Shown here piece by piece: positions 35,746-43,996 of a stretch of 64,000 nt of DNA; position 1 is the first letter of the stretch; each line of letters begins with the position of its first letter. The position numbers and the translations under genes are program-made. Origin of the DNA: Minisyncoccota bacterium (GTDB lineage Bacteria; Patescibacteriota; Minisyncoccia; Phycocordibacterales; UBA9973); assembly GCA_041665925.1 (NCBI GenBank), contig JBAYHW010000001.1:102685-166684 (forward strand), given 5' to 3'. The notes below the pieces were generated by a model, which saw only the letters and a list, made by a program, of their open reading frames with translations, was not told the origin of the DNA and ran no database searches.

Positions 35746-38190
35746 TTAATTTTTTTCTTGTAAATTTGGATAAGCGACAAACACTATTATATAGAGAACA
35801 GCCGATAATGCAAGGATAATTTTATATCCAGAAGACAAAATTATAATATTTGCTAAAGGTGTAGCTAGTACCGAAAAAGATCCATTGATGCTCCAAGCCC
35901 AAGGAAGCACCCAGTCTCGCTCTCCCCGAAATAGAGAAAGGCCCATAGAAAACGGAAAACCGAGAGCGATAGATAAAGGTGCCACAACTACTACTAAAAC
36001 TAGATATTTTAAAAAGAGAGGAACTGCAATTAAACTGAGCAACAGTGGATCTAAGAAAAACCATGTAGCTATAACCCATAACAATATTGTCGAACAAGCC
36101 AAGACTAATCCGCGGCGTGGGCGTTCTAGATATTTTTCTGAGAGGAAGCTTCCCAGCCCTGAAAAGATAAGCATACTTGCCAAGATGACAGCGAAGCCAT
36201 AGGTATTGTCATTTAAAAAGAACGAAGCTTTACCAATAAGATAAATTTCAAAAAAAAGAAAACCAAGACCCAAGCTTGCAAAATAAAAAATAGGTTTTAA
36301 TAAGTCTTTGGTGCTTGGTAAATATTTACGCCATCGAATCAAAGGCAAAAACAAGATTATGATTGCGATAATTATCGCCTGGACCAAAACAGCCATATTT
36401 ATCAATGCCCCCATTTCTCCTAGAGGAACTAGTGAAATATTTTTTAAAATAGTTTTTAATTTTGATAAACGTAAAATAGAATAGAAATCAGGATGGTCTA
36501 ATGTAGAAGGCTTAATACGGAAAAAGTTATTTTCAACAAATGAGTCATGGTCGCCAGAAAATAATTTTAAAATATCATCTCGGAGGGTATCGGACGCGGT
36601 ATTTTCACTGCGAATCATATCTCCTGATTCAAAAGAAACAGCTGGTAAGTCGTTCCAGACATCACCGCGCGGATTTATTCCTTTGAAATATGAGATGTCA
36701 AAAGAACGCTTTTCCGTAAAAATACGCAATTTTTGGATATCTTCTGAGGTAAAAACAGAAGGTGAAACTAAAATACGGGCATTCCAACTAGATCTATACA
36801 CTAAAATATGGTTTTCAGGAGAATCAATACCGAGCGAGAGCAGTGTCTGGTATATAGTTTCTAGAATTTTTAATGAATAAGTTGAAGACTCTCGGATTGA
36901 ATCAGGGATAGATATTATTCCATTGTTTTTCAGCATACCCAAGTAACTTTTCAAGGCTTCACCAGTGAATGTATATTTATTAGAATCAGATTGGCTTAAA
37001 AAATTTGAAGCAATGTCTATGACATCGAATTTTTCTTTTGTGTCGGTAGCCAACGCCATAGGCGCAGAAGAAATTAATTTTATTGAAGGATTGGTTAAGG
37101 TTTCTTTTAAGGCAAGATTATTATTTACTACAGAATACAATATCGGGTCTGGTTCCAGGGCGGTGAGGTTTTGTATGCCTAGTTTTGATGCTTCCAATAT
37201 ACGAAAACCACCCTCTGTGCCGATGAGTAAAGTGGAAGAGTTTGGCCGTATATAATAAGGGAAAGCATCCAACGTGGCGTCTATGTAGGTTCCCTTGTCG
37301 TCCCCCACTTTAGGGATACTAGCAATACGGTTACCGTCTTTATATAAACCAAATGAAGATGGGGGTGCGGTGGCGTTTAAGAGTGTTGCATTATTTGAAA
37401 AATCTACATCCAGACGTTCAGTGAAATTGTCTAGTACTAGGAAATATCCCCGTGGGGAAGTTATTTCTTGTACAGTTTTGTTGTCTTGTACATGGATTGA
37501 GGAGTATATAGATTTATATTCATTAAAGTTAGCCTGGTTGAATTTTACGATTGATAGCTCACATAAGATTGTCAGGATAATAAAGATTATTAAAAATGTT
37601 TTGCGTCGTATTTGGGTCGGTGCTGGCTGGAAAAACGCACTTATAACCAAAAGAGGTAACAATAAATTGAGAAGCACAAACGGATGGATAAAGAACATCA
37701 TTATTAACATTAAAACTGTGCCTGCCCCAGCACCGACGAGGTCCGCAGCATAAATACGAGGAATGGATTCTAGGGCAGATAGAAAATAAGAACCGATAAA
37801 TAATCCGGTTAAAAAGAAAAAAGGAAACAACACTGCATAATATTTCCAAACATTAAATAATTGGTCTAGCCAAGTATTCGGATTTTGGAATTCGAGCGGG
37901 TTGAATGGAATGATTGTCATTACCAAATATCCGATAGTAGCTGTAATCAGTAAAAGTAATGGAATTATGGAAAGGATTTGTCTGGTGTGTCGTTCAAAAA
38001 AATCTTTAAAAATACTAAGCACTACTCCACTGACCGCAAAGCCAACCATGGTGATAGAAATAACCCAGTAACCATACTCGGACCAACTGACTATGCTAAA
38101 ATAACGTGTGAGAGAAATTTCAAAACCTACAGCTACGGCCGATACTAAAAAAACCGGGACTAAAGATATTTTTTTTGTAATATTAAACAT
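35746..38190 (-). CDS. Large polytopic membrane protein with a central soluble SpeE-like/methyltransferase-fold domain
   Basis: An 814-aa protein with N- and C-terminal TM bundles flanking a ~390-aa soluble region. It may be a paralogue of the 29006-30547 fusion. Confidence 0.35.
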   Translation of the reverse strand: MFNITKKISLVPVFLVSAVAVGFEISLTRYFSIVSWSEYGYWVISITMVGFAVSGVVLSIFKDFFERHTRQILSIIPLLLLITATIGYLVMTIIPFNPLEFQNPNTWLDQLFNVWKYYAVLFPFFFLTGLFIGSYFLSALESIPRIYAADLVGAGAGTVLMLIMMFFIHPFVLLNLLLPLLVISAFFQPAPTQIRRKTFLIIFIILTILCELSIVKFNQANFNEYKSIYSSIHVQDNKTVQEITSPRGYFLVLDNFTERLDVDFSNNATLLNATAPPSSFGLYKDGNRIASIPKVGDDKGTYIDATLDAFPYYIRPNSSTLLIGTEGGFRILEASKLGIQNLTALEPDPILYSVVNNNLALKETLTNPSIKLISSAPMALATDTKEKFDVIDIASNFLSQSDSNKYTFTGEALKSYLGMLKNNGIISIPDSIRESSTYSLKILETIYQTLLSLGIDSPENHILVYRSSWNARILVSPSVFTSEDIQKLRIFTEKRSFDISYFKGINPRGDVWNDLPAVSFESGDMIRSENTASDTLRDDILKLFSGDHDSFVENNFFRIKPSTLDHPDFYSILRLSKLKTILKNISLVPLGEMGALINMAVLVQAIIIAIIILFLPLIRWRKYLPSTKDLLKPIFYFASLGLGFLFFEIYLIGKASFFLNDNTYGFAVILASMLIFSGLGSFLSEKYLERPRRGLVLACSTILLWVIATWFFLDPLLLSLIAVPLFLKYLVLVVVVAPLSIALGFPFSMGLSLFRGERDWVLPWAWSINGSFSVLATPLANIIILSSGYKIILALSAVLYIIVFVAYPNLQEKN

Positions 38191-38197
38191 AATTACC

Positions 38198-38947
38198 TTA
38201 TTCTAAATAAATGAGCGCAACCATAGCAAGCACACCAGCGATGACAGCAATAATTTGAAGCAGCGAATGTTTCATTTCTTTTGTTTTGTGGAGTTCTGGT
38301 ATGAGGTCAGCGACTGAGACATAGATGAAGCCTCCAGCAGCTATGGGTAGAATCCATATAGTAAAAACTTCTCCTATACCACCCAGCAAAAAGGCAACGA
38401 ACACACCAATGATAGAGAAAAGAGCAGAAAGAAAATTTAACCAGAGTGCCCTAGATTTAGTGTAGCCAGAATGAAGCAAAACGGCGAAATCCCCTATTTC
38501 TTGAGGGATTTCGTGTAATATCACAGCTATGGTTGTGGCAACACCAACGTGTGGACTCACAAGGAAACTTACGCCGATAATTATACCGTCGATAAAATTG
38601 TGTACTCCATCAGAGATAAGGATCAACTGCCCTGCGGGGTGAATTCCTGACTCATCTTGATCTTCGCCGTGGTGGTGCCAATGTAAGAATTTTTCTAAAA
38701 TAAAAAATATCAAAATTCCAACAATTATTAAAGTGCTGGCAAACAACTCCCCTACCGAACTTTTAAAAGCTTCCGGAATAAGATGGATAAAAGCGTCTCC
38801 CAAGAGTGCCCCGACTGCAAGAGAAATAAAAATGAAAAGATATTTTCTTAAAAGTTCTTCTTTGACAGACAGAGCGAAGACTCCTACAAGAGAAACTAGG
38901 CTTACAATTACCACACTCACAAAGGCGTATAAATATGTCGTTATCAT
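38198..38947 (-). CDS. zupT: ZIP-family zinc transporter
   Basis: The HEIPQEIGDFAVLL signature and eight TM helices are present. Confidence 0.8.
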   Translation of the reverse strand: MITTYLYAFVSVVIVSLVSLVGVFALSVKEELLRKYLFIFISLAVGALLGDAFIHLIPEAFKSSVGELFASTLIIVGILIFFILEKFLHWHHHGEDQDESGIHPAGQLILISDGVHNFIDGIIIGVSFLVSPHVGVATTIAVILHEIPQEIGDFAVLLHSGYTKSRALWLNFLSALFSIIGVFVAFLLGGIGEVFTIWILPIAAGGFIYVSVADLIPELHKTKEMKHSLLQIIAVIAGVLAMVALIYLE

Positions 38948-39006
38948 TTGTTAATCGTATACTAAAAAAAACTATTTGCAAAATAAAATCAAATAAAATG
39001 TGAAAG

Positions 39007-39040
39007 GCGGGGCGTCGCGATGTTTTGCGACGCCCCGCCC
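39007..39040 (-). terminator. Intrinsic terminator: a 13-bp perfect GC stem GGCGGGGCGTCGC...GCGACGCCCCGCC followed by a U-run on the minus strand
   Basis: Read directly. It lies immediately 3' of the GC-rich micro-ORF on the minus strand. Confidence 0.75.
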
Positions 39041-39050
39041 GTGTGGCGAT

Positions 39051-39188
39051 CTACAACCAGCCCATTCTAATTGCGACCGACACTGCGGCCGCTACCAGAC
39101 ACAGGCCGGTGTAGAACTGGGCGTCGTTTGGAGGACCTACCAAGTCCTCCTTCAGCGCGGCCCAGTAGGCCCGTAGAATTTGTTTCAT
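39051..39188 (-). CDS. GC-rich small membrane peptide (45 aa, MKQILRAYWAALKEDLVGPPNDAQFYTGLCLVAAAVSVAIRMGWL), a self-contained expression unit
   Basis: It has a sigma70-like promoter (TTGACT, 16-nt spacer, TAGAAT) with an overlapping 7-bp inverted repeat (TACACTT/AAGTGTA), an SD GAGGAGG 5 nt before the ATG, a C-terminal TM helix, and a strong terminator. GC content and codon usage are unlike the host genes. Confidence 0.5.
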   Translation of the reverse strand: MKQILRAYWAALKEDLVGPPNDAQFYTGLCLVAAAVSVAIRMGWL

Positions 39189-39258
39189 GGGAACCTCCTC
39201 GCTAAAAATTCTACATACAAATACACTTTAGTCAAGTGTATTAAAAGTTTATCTTCTG

Positions 39259-39329
39259 TGCGGGATGGGAGAATCGAACCCCCAACCTCAGTTTGGAAAA
39301 CTGACGTTTTACCATTAAACTAATCCCGC
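39259..39329 (-). tRNA. tRNA-Gly (anticodon UCC)
   Basis: A manual cloverleaf: acceptor GCGGGAU/AUCCCGC, anticodon loop UUUCCAA, T-loop UUCGAUU, no encoded CCA, and an A73 discriminator. Confidence 0.8.
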
Positions 39330-39352
39330 ATTTTCAATCTCCTTTCGACTTG

Positions 39353-39423
39353 TCGGGCTGCTGGGAATCGAACCCAGTCTATCTGTTCCCAAAACAGACG
39401 TACTACCGGTATACGACAGCCCG
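39353..39423 (-). tRNA. tRNA-Pro (anticodon UGG)
   Basis: A manual cloverleaf: acceptor CGGGCUG/CAGCCCG, a 3-bp D-stem, anticodon loop UUUGGGA, T-arm UGGG-UUCGAUU-CCCA, and no encoded CCA. Confidence 0.8.
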
Positions 39424-39450
39424 TTTGACTTTTAAAGCTTTCCGAGTATA

Positions 39451-39861
39451 TCACAAAATAATATCACTGACTACTTTTATTCGTGCTTTTTTGTTTTTCA
39501 TATCTAAAAATACTACCAATAAATCTACTTGCCAATCCTTTTCGTCAGGGATTTTATTAGACAAAAGATAGGTCTGAATTGTTCTCGAAAGTCGTTTCAA
39601 TTTCCAGGGATGCACATTGTCTTCAGGGTGATATTGATCTAACGTGTCACGTGTAACCTCTTTTAATGTTTCACGTGATACACTTTTTACCTCAATAAAG
39701 TATATTTTATTGGCTTTTTCAGCAATTATATCTATTTCACCCCATTTTTTGGTATAATTTCTATCTAATATTGAAAAACCATGTTTCACGAGAAACTTTA
39801 CGGCAATATTTTCTCCTATTTCTCCAGTCTTTTGGCTTTCAGATGTGAATACTTTTGGCAT
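39451..39861 (-). CDS. yraN: UPF0102/YraN-family endonuclease
   Basis: Contains GEIDIIA...YFIEVK, the restriction-endonuclease-like core of YraN. Confidence 0.65.
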   Translation of the reverse strand: MPKVFTSESQKTGEIGENIAVKFLVKHGFSILDRNYTKKWGEIDIIAEKANKIYFIEVKSVSRETLKEVTRDTLDQYHPEDNVHPWKLKRLSRTIQTYLLSNKIPDEKDWQVDLLVVFLDMKNKKARIKVVSDIIL

Positions 39862-39892
39862 TTCAGCTATATTCTTATAAGAAATCCCCTAG

Positions 39893-39924
39893 TTTCACAT
39901 GAAATTTGTTTCACGTGAAACAAA
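39893..39924. promoter_or_regulatory. Two adjacent operator-like palindromes, TTTCA-CA-TGAAA (39893-39904) and a 20-bp perfect palindrome TTTGTTTCAC|GTGAAACAAA (39905-39924), 32-63 nt upstream of the yraN start
   Basis: Read directly. The GTTTCAC / CACGTG motif also recurs inside yraN and the 5' part of cca. Confidence 0.5.
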
Positions 39925-40103
39925 CGAGTAAATTTTAATGTCTTTTATTAAAATATCTTTATTTTACAACATATTTTTACTAAAACTGACCCGAAAAGAC
40001 ACCACTTTTGTATGTCCTTTATACCCATTACCAACATAGTTATCCACAGTTTTTGATAAAATCCTTATTGCATAAAGATTTAACTAAAGGACATTGATTT
40101 GTG

Positions 40104-40174
40104 TGCGGCTAGGGAGAATCGAACTCCCGTCTCATCCTTGGCAAGGACGTGTTCTACCACTAAACCATAACCGC
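40104..40174 (-). tRNA. tRNA-Gly (anticodon GCC)
   Basis: A manual cloverleaf: acceptor GCGGUUA/UAGCCGC, anticodon loop UUGCCAA, T-arm GGGAG-UUCGAUU-CUCCC, A73, and no encoded CCA. Confidence 0.85.
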
Positions 40175-40323
40175 AAAATTATAAATTATAATTCTAAAAA
40201 TGCTTTTGTATTATAGTATTTTCCTTGTTTTAATGCAATTGGCGAAATAGCTTGAAAAATAAGCATTATTTGCCATTTATATTTAAATAGTGTAAAATAC
40301 AAAGATTATTATTAAATAATTAT

Positions 40324-40395
40324 GCACCCGTAGTGAAATGGATATCACAACAGTCTTCGGAACTGTCGTTGGGGGTTCGAATCCCTCCGGGTGCA
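40324..40395 (+). tRNA. tRNA-Arg (anticodon UCG)
   Basis: A manual cloverleaf: acceptor GCACCCG/CGGGUGC, anticodon stem ACAGU/ACUGU with loop CUUCGGA, T-arm GGGGG-UUCGAAU-CCCUC, and no encoded CCA. The cca ATG follows 10 nt later. Confidence 0.75.
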
Positions 40396-40405
40396 CAAAA
40401 GCAAA

Positions 40406-42004
40406 ATGGACTCTTTTAAAAATTTAATAGAAAAAATTCCCAAGGAAGTTTCACATGTAACGAGCATCCTAGAGGGGGCTGGTTTTGAGGCGTACCTTGT
40501 GGGGGGTTGTGTGCGAGATCTTCTCATAGGTAGGGAGCCGAAAGACTGGGATGTGACGACCAATGCTAAACCGGAGCAAATTATCGACTTGTTCGAAAAA
40601 ACTGTTTATGAGAATACTTTCGGGACGGTTATGGTATTTGTTCCATGTGAAACACTAGAAAATGATGTTTCACAAGAAACATTTAAACAAATAGAGGTGA
40701 CTCCATACCGCCTTGAGGCAAAATATAGCGATTTTAGACACCCAGACGAGGTAAAATTTAGCGATAAGTTAGAAGATGATCTTAAAAGACGTGACTTTAC
40801 GGTCAATGCGCTAGCGTTAAATTCTAAAGGACACCTAGTTGATATATTTGAGGGTATAAAAGACATCAAAGACAAGACCATCCGTGCAGTGGGGGATCCG
40901 GACGATAGATTTTCTGAAGATGCACTTCGAATGTTGCGAGCAATTCGCTTCGCTTGCCAACTTGATTTTTCTGTGTCGTATGAAACAACAGAAAGTATTT
41001 TAAAAAATGCAGAATTAATAAAAAAAATTTCTGCAGAAAGAATTCGTGATGAATTTGAAAAAATAATTTTGTCTGCAAATCCCGCGAGTGGGATAATGAT
41101 GTTGCAGAAATTTAAGCTATTAAAAAATATTATTCCGGAGCTGGAGGAGGGGATAGGATGCGAACAATCCGGAGAACATTTTTATGACGTTTGGAATCAT
41201 GGGCTCTTAGCTTGCCAACATGCGGCAAACAAGAATTGGCCTTTAGAAATAAGGCTTTCGGCGCTATTCCATGATATTGGTAAGCCGAGAACGAGAGGGT
41301 TACAGGTACAGAAAAATTCTGCCGCTTTACCCGCAAGCGGGCTCCGACACGGACAGAATTTTTCTGTACCTGTTACCCCAAAGAAAAAATTTACTTTCTA
41401 CGGACATGAGGTAGTGGGCGCACGGATGGCAAAAAAGATTATGGAGCGATTAAAATTTTCGCGAGATGAAATTGAAATGGTAGAAAAAATGGTACGCAAC
41501 CATATGTTTTTTTCCGACACTGAAAAAATTACTCTCTCAGCTGTGCGGAGAATAATTGCTAAAGTAGGGAAAGAAGATATTTGGCGTCTTATGGATGTCC
41601 GTGAGTGTGATAGAGTAGGCATGAAGAAAAAAGAAGCTCCGTATCGCCTCCGAAAGTATTTCGCAATGGTGGAGGAAGCTCTGCGCGACCCTATCTCTGT
41701 CGGACAGCTAAAAATAAATGGGGAATATATGATGAAAGAACTTGGAATTAAGCCAGGGCCTCGAATGGGCTGGATTTTGCACTCACTTTTAGAAGAAGTC
41801 CTTGATGCTCCGGAGAAAAATACTGTGGAACATCTCTCCGAACTAGTAAAATCACTAAATATGCTCGGTGACGATGAGCTTAAAACGCTCGGCGAGCGGG
41901 GCAAAGAGAAAAAAGAAGAAATTGAAGAAGAAGAAGTAGCAAAGCTTCACCAAAAGCATGGAGTGAGATCGGGCAAGGGACCCGATCGCAAGGCCGGAGC
42001 CTGA
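40406..42004 (+). CDS. cca: CCA-adding tRNA nucleotidyltransferase with an HD domain
   Basis: Has GGCVRDLLIGREPKDWDVTT (the polymerase-beta head), the HD motif LFHDIGKP, and GHEVVGA. The ATG at 40406 is preferred because the ORF-track GTG start overlaps the tRNA. Confidence 0.85.
   Translation: MDSFKNLIEKIPKEVSHVTSILEGAGFEAYLVGGCVRDLLIGREPKDWDVTTNAKPEQIIDLFEKTVYENTFGTVMVFVPCETLENDVSQETFKQIEVTPYRLEAKYSDFRHPDEVKFSDKLEDDLKRRDFTVNALALNSKGHLVDIFEGIKDIKDKTIRAVGDPDDRFSEDALRMLRAIRFACQLDFSVSYETTESILKNAELIKKISAERIRDEFEKIILSANPASGIMMLQKFKLLKNIIPELEEGIGCEQSGEHFYDVWNHGLLACQHAANKNWPLEIRLSALFHDIGKPRTRGLQVQKNSAALPASGLRHGQNFSVPVTPKKKFTFYGHEVVGARMAKKIMERLKFSRDEIEMVEKMVRNHMFFSDTEKITLSAVRRIIAKVGKEDIWRLMDVRECDRVGMKKKEAPYRLRKYFAMVEEALRDPISVGQLKINGEYMMKELGIKPGPRMGWILHSLLEEVLDAPEKNTVEHLSELVKSLNMLGDDELKTLGERGKEKKEEIEEEEVAKLHQKHGVRSGKGPDRKAGA
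41305..41370. repeat. Perfect 17-bp inverted repeat (GGTACAGAAAAATTCTG ... CAGAATTTTTCTGTACC) enclosing a nested CCCGC-AA-GCGGG hairpin. It is exactly 66 nt (22 codons) and lies in frame inside the cca HD domain.
   Basis: Read directly. It encodes the extra peptide ...GLQVQKNSAALPASGLRHGQNFSVPVT... between HDIGKP and GHE. Confidence 0.7.
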
Positions 42005-42076
42005 CGAGGCGAGGAGGGCTCGCGAGATTTTTCAGTAGAAAAATACTTGTGAGAAAAAATAAGGTATAATACATAT

Positions 42077-42277
42077 ATGGAAAAAGTTGATCCGTTTGAA
42101 GGTTCGGGGGGTAGGGCAATGGACGCCAACCTAGTAGCTAGAGCAGAACTGCAGCAGCGTATTCAGCAGTTGCTGAATACTGGGGGTAGTACAGCAGAAA
42201 TAAACAAACTACGGGCTAGGCTGGAGGCATTAAAACAGGACCGTGGCCTTATTTTAGATGCAGATTTGCCCAAGTAA
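42077..42277 (+). CDS. Possible small coiled-coil protein (66 aa)
   Basis: An ATG sits directly after a TATAAT box, giving a leaderless-like start. A cca terminator hairpin lies upstream. Conservation is unknown. Confidence 0.3.
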   Translation: MEKVDPFEGSGGRAMDANLVARAELQQRIQQLLNTGGSTAEINKLRARLEALKQDRGLILDADLPK

Positions 42278-42280
42278 AAA

Positions 42281-43960
42281 TTAAGAAACTTCTTGCTGAT
42301 AGCACTGCTCGCAGTACACTGTCTCGGGGCGGTCGGGAGAGTAGGAGGTCTCAAATTCGTTTTCGCATTTTTTGTCTTTGTGCAAGTGATTTTTTAGTTC
42401 ACACATACAAGTGCGGGGCCAGAGTTGGCGGGGGTTTCTTTTTTTCATTCGGTCTTGATGGCGACATTCGAAGTCTTTATGTGGTAGAGGGATATTCATT
42501 CTTCTATAGAAATCAAATTCACCGCGAGTGATGCGGAAATTCTTTTTGCAGTCTTTGCAGACTAGAACTTGGTTTAAAATTTCTTCAGTTGTTTCACCGA
42601 GGGTGGCTGGGATCTCATTTTCTTTCAATGTTTCTTTCCCATAAGTTCCAGATGTTTGTGCCTGCCAATTAAAACCTTTTTCTCGGGCTTCTTTTTCTGA
42701 CAACGGATAATATTCTTGAGCCAGACTTTCATTGTAGCCGAAAGGAGAGAGTTCTGGAGGGAAAAAATCGCCGTAAACTCCTTCTTTTTTCAAATGTTCC
42801 ACGATTTCTTCTTTTAATTTCTGATATTCTTCTTTAGAATATTCTTTATTAAGAATGTGATAATTCTTTTTATTTAAACCGACACAACCGAAACACCCGA
42901 CGCAGTTATAGCAACTGTCAGAGTAGTGGACTTCGTTTCCATACATAACATAAACTCCAGTGATACAGTTCGTGCTCTGGAGTGTGCCCATAACGTTGTA
43001 TAGGCGCTCTGGGCGGAAATACAGGTTGTTGCAGTCTTGGCAATCTAGAGCTTCTTCGGCATCAGCGACATAAGAAGAATTTTTCGTGTTGGAAGCGTCA
43101 AATATATTTACTCCTTCATGGCAGTTATACATATAGTCTCCGGTGGCCTTGTTGCACTTGGTCGCGAGGGCGTATTTTACGAGTGCTTTTGAACGTAAGT
43201 CATTGTATTTTTCTTTAGCCTGCTCAATGGATTCATAAGAAGATAAAATTTCGGCTTTTTTCTTTTCAAACTCTTCTTTAGTGTATTGTTTGTTTTCTAT
43301 GCAGTAGTTTAGGTTGCGGCCATTGCTGCACAAGATGCAATTCTGACAATTTCTCATATCAAAAGAGAAAAGAACATCCACACATTCTTGCAATCTTTCC
43401 CCATACACACACTTGAAGGATCTGCGGGTGTCCACACATTCATAGCAGAGTTCGGAGTCGTATAAGAAAGTGCAGTCCATGGAATTTTTACAACGTTGTA
43501 TCAATCTCCCATAGAGACAATCTTCATTGTTTTCTGCGGCAAAAATCAAATAGCAGTTTTTATTTTCTCCAGCGTTGTTGGTGTAGTCGCTATTTATACT
43601 ATCTATGACCAGGAGCCCAATTCGGGGAACTTTATTTTTGAGTTCGGCGAACTGTTCCATAAAAGGACGAGATTTGTTCCAATCCATGGCGTAGATTTTC
43701 GGGTCCCAGCCGTCGCCCCACCAACATTTCTGACAATAAACAGGGAAAGGTGTGCCGGCAGGGTAGAGCGAAACACCGTCTTTGTTACAAAGGTCACAAG
43801 TCCTTTTATAGAGAGTGCGTTCATTTCTAAAAGCGAGTCTACGCATCATCCGGCAGTCCGGGCAATAATTCGGTGGTGGAACCTTTATTTGATCGTAAAA
43901 AATCAAATCCTCCTTTCTTACCTCAAAATCTTTTTTACAGCTTTTACAATTTTTTTCCAT
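42281..43960 (-). CDS. Cysteine-rich repeat protein (559 aa, about 50 Cys, mostly in CxxC, CxxCxxC and CxxCxxCxxC clusters), paralogue A
   Basis: The N-terminal module is CKSCKKDF...CPDCR...CDLCNKD...YCQKCWW. There are two blocks of ~20-aa Cys-containing repeats, each ending in the K.Y.LNK.YSKEE-Y motif. The C-terminal module is CMCEL.NH.H...YCEQCYQ. No signal peptide. Confidence 0.6.
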   Translation of the reverse strand: MEKNCKSCKKDFEVRKEDLIFYDQIKVPPPNYCPDCRMMRRLAFRNERTLYKRTCDLCNKDGVSLYPAGTPFPVYCQKCWWGDGWDPKIYAMDWNKSRPFMEQFAELKNKVPRIGLLVIDSINSDYTNNAGENKNCYLIFAAENNEDCLYGRLIQRCKNSMDCTFLYDSELCYECVDTRRSFKCVYGERLQECVDVLFSFDMRNCQNCILCSNGRNLNYCIENKQYTKEEFEKKKAEILSSYESIEQAKEKYNDLRSKALVKYALATKCNKATGDYMYNCHEGVNIFDASNTKNSSYVADAEEALDCQDCNNLYFRPERLYNVMGTLQSTNCITGVYVMYGNEVHYSDSCYNCVGCFGCVGLNKKNYHILNKEYSKEEYQKLKEEIVEHLKKEGVYGDFFPPELSPFGYNESLAQEYYPLSEKEAREKGFNWQAQTSGTYGKETLKENEIPATLGETTEEILNQVLVCKDCKKNFRITRGEFDFYRRMNIPLPHKDFECRHQDRMKKRNPRQLWPRTCMCELKNHLHKDKKCENEFETSYSPDRPETVYCEQCYQQEVS

Positions 43961-43996
43961 ATTTTTTGTTTATTTTTCTTTAATTAAATAACATAA

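Noticed and set aside
40345-40563. A 72-aa minus-strand ORF over tRNA-Arg and the cca start
   Set aside because: It overlaps a tRNA gene and the 5' end of cca, so it is treated as spurious.
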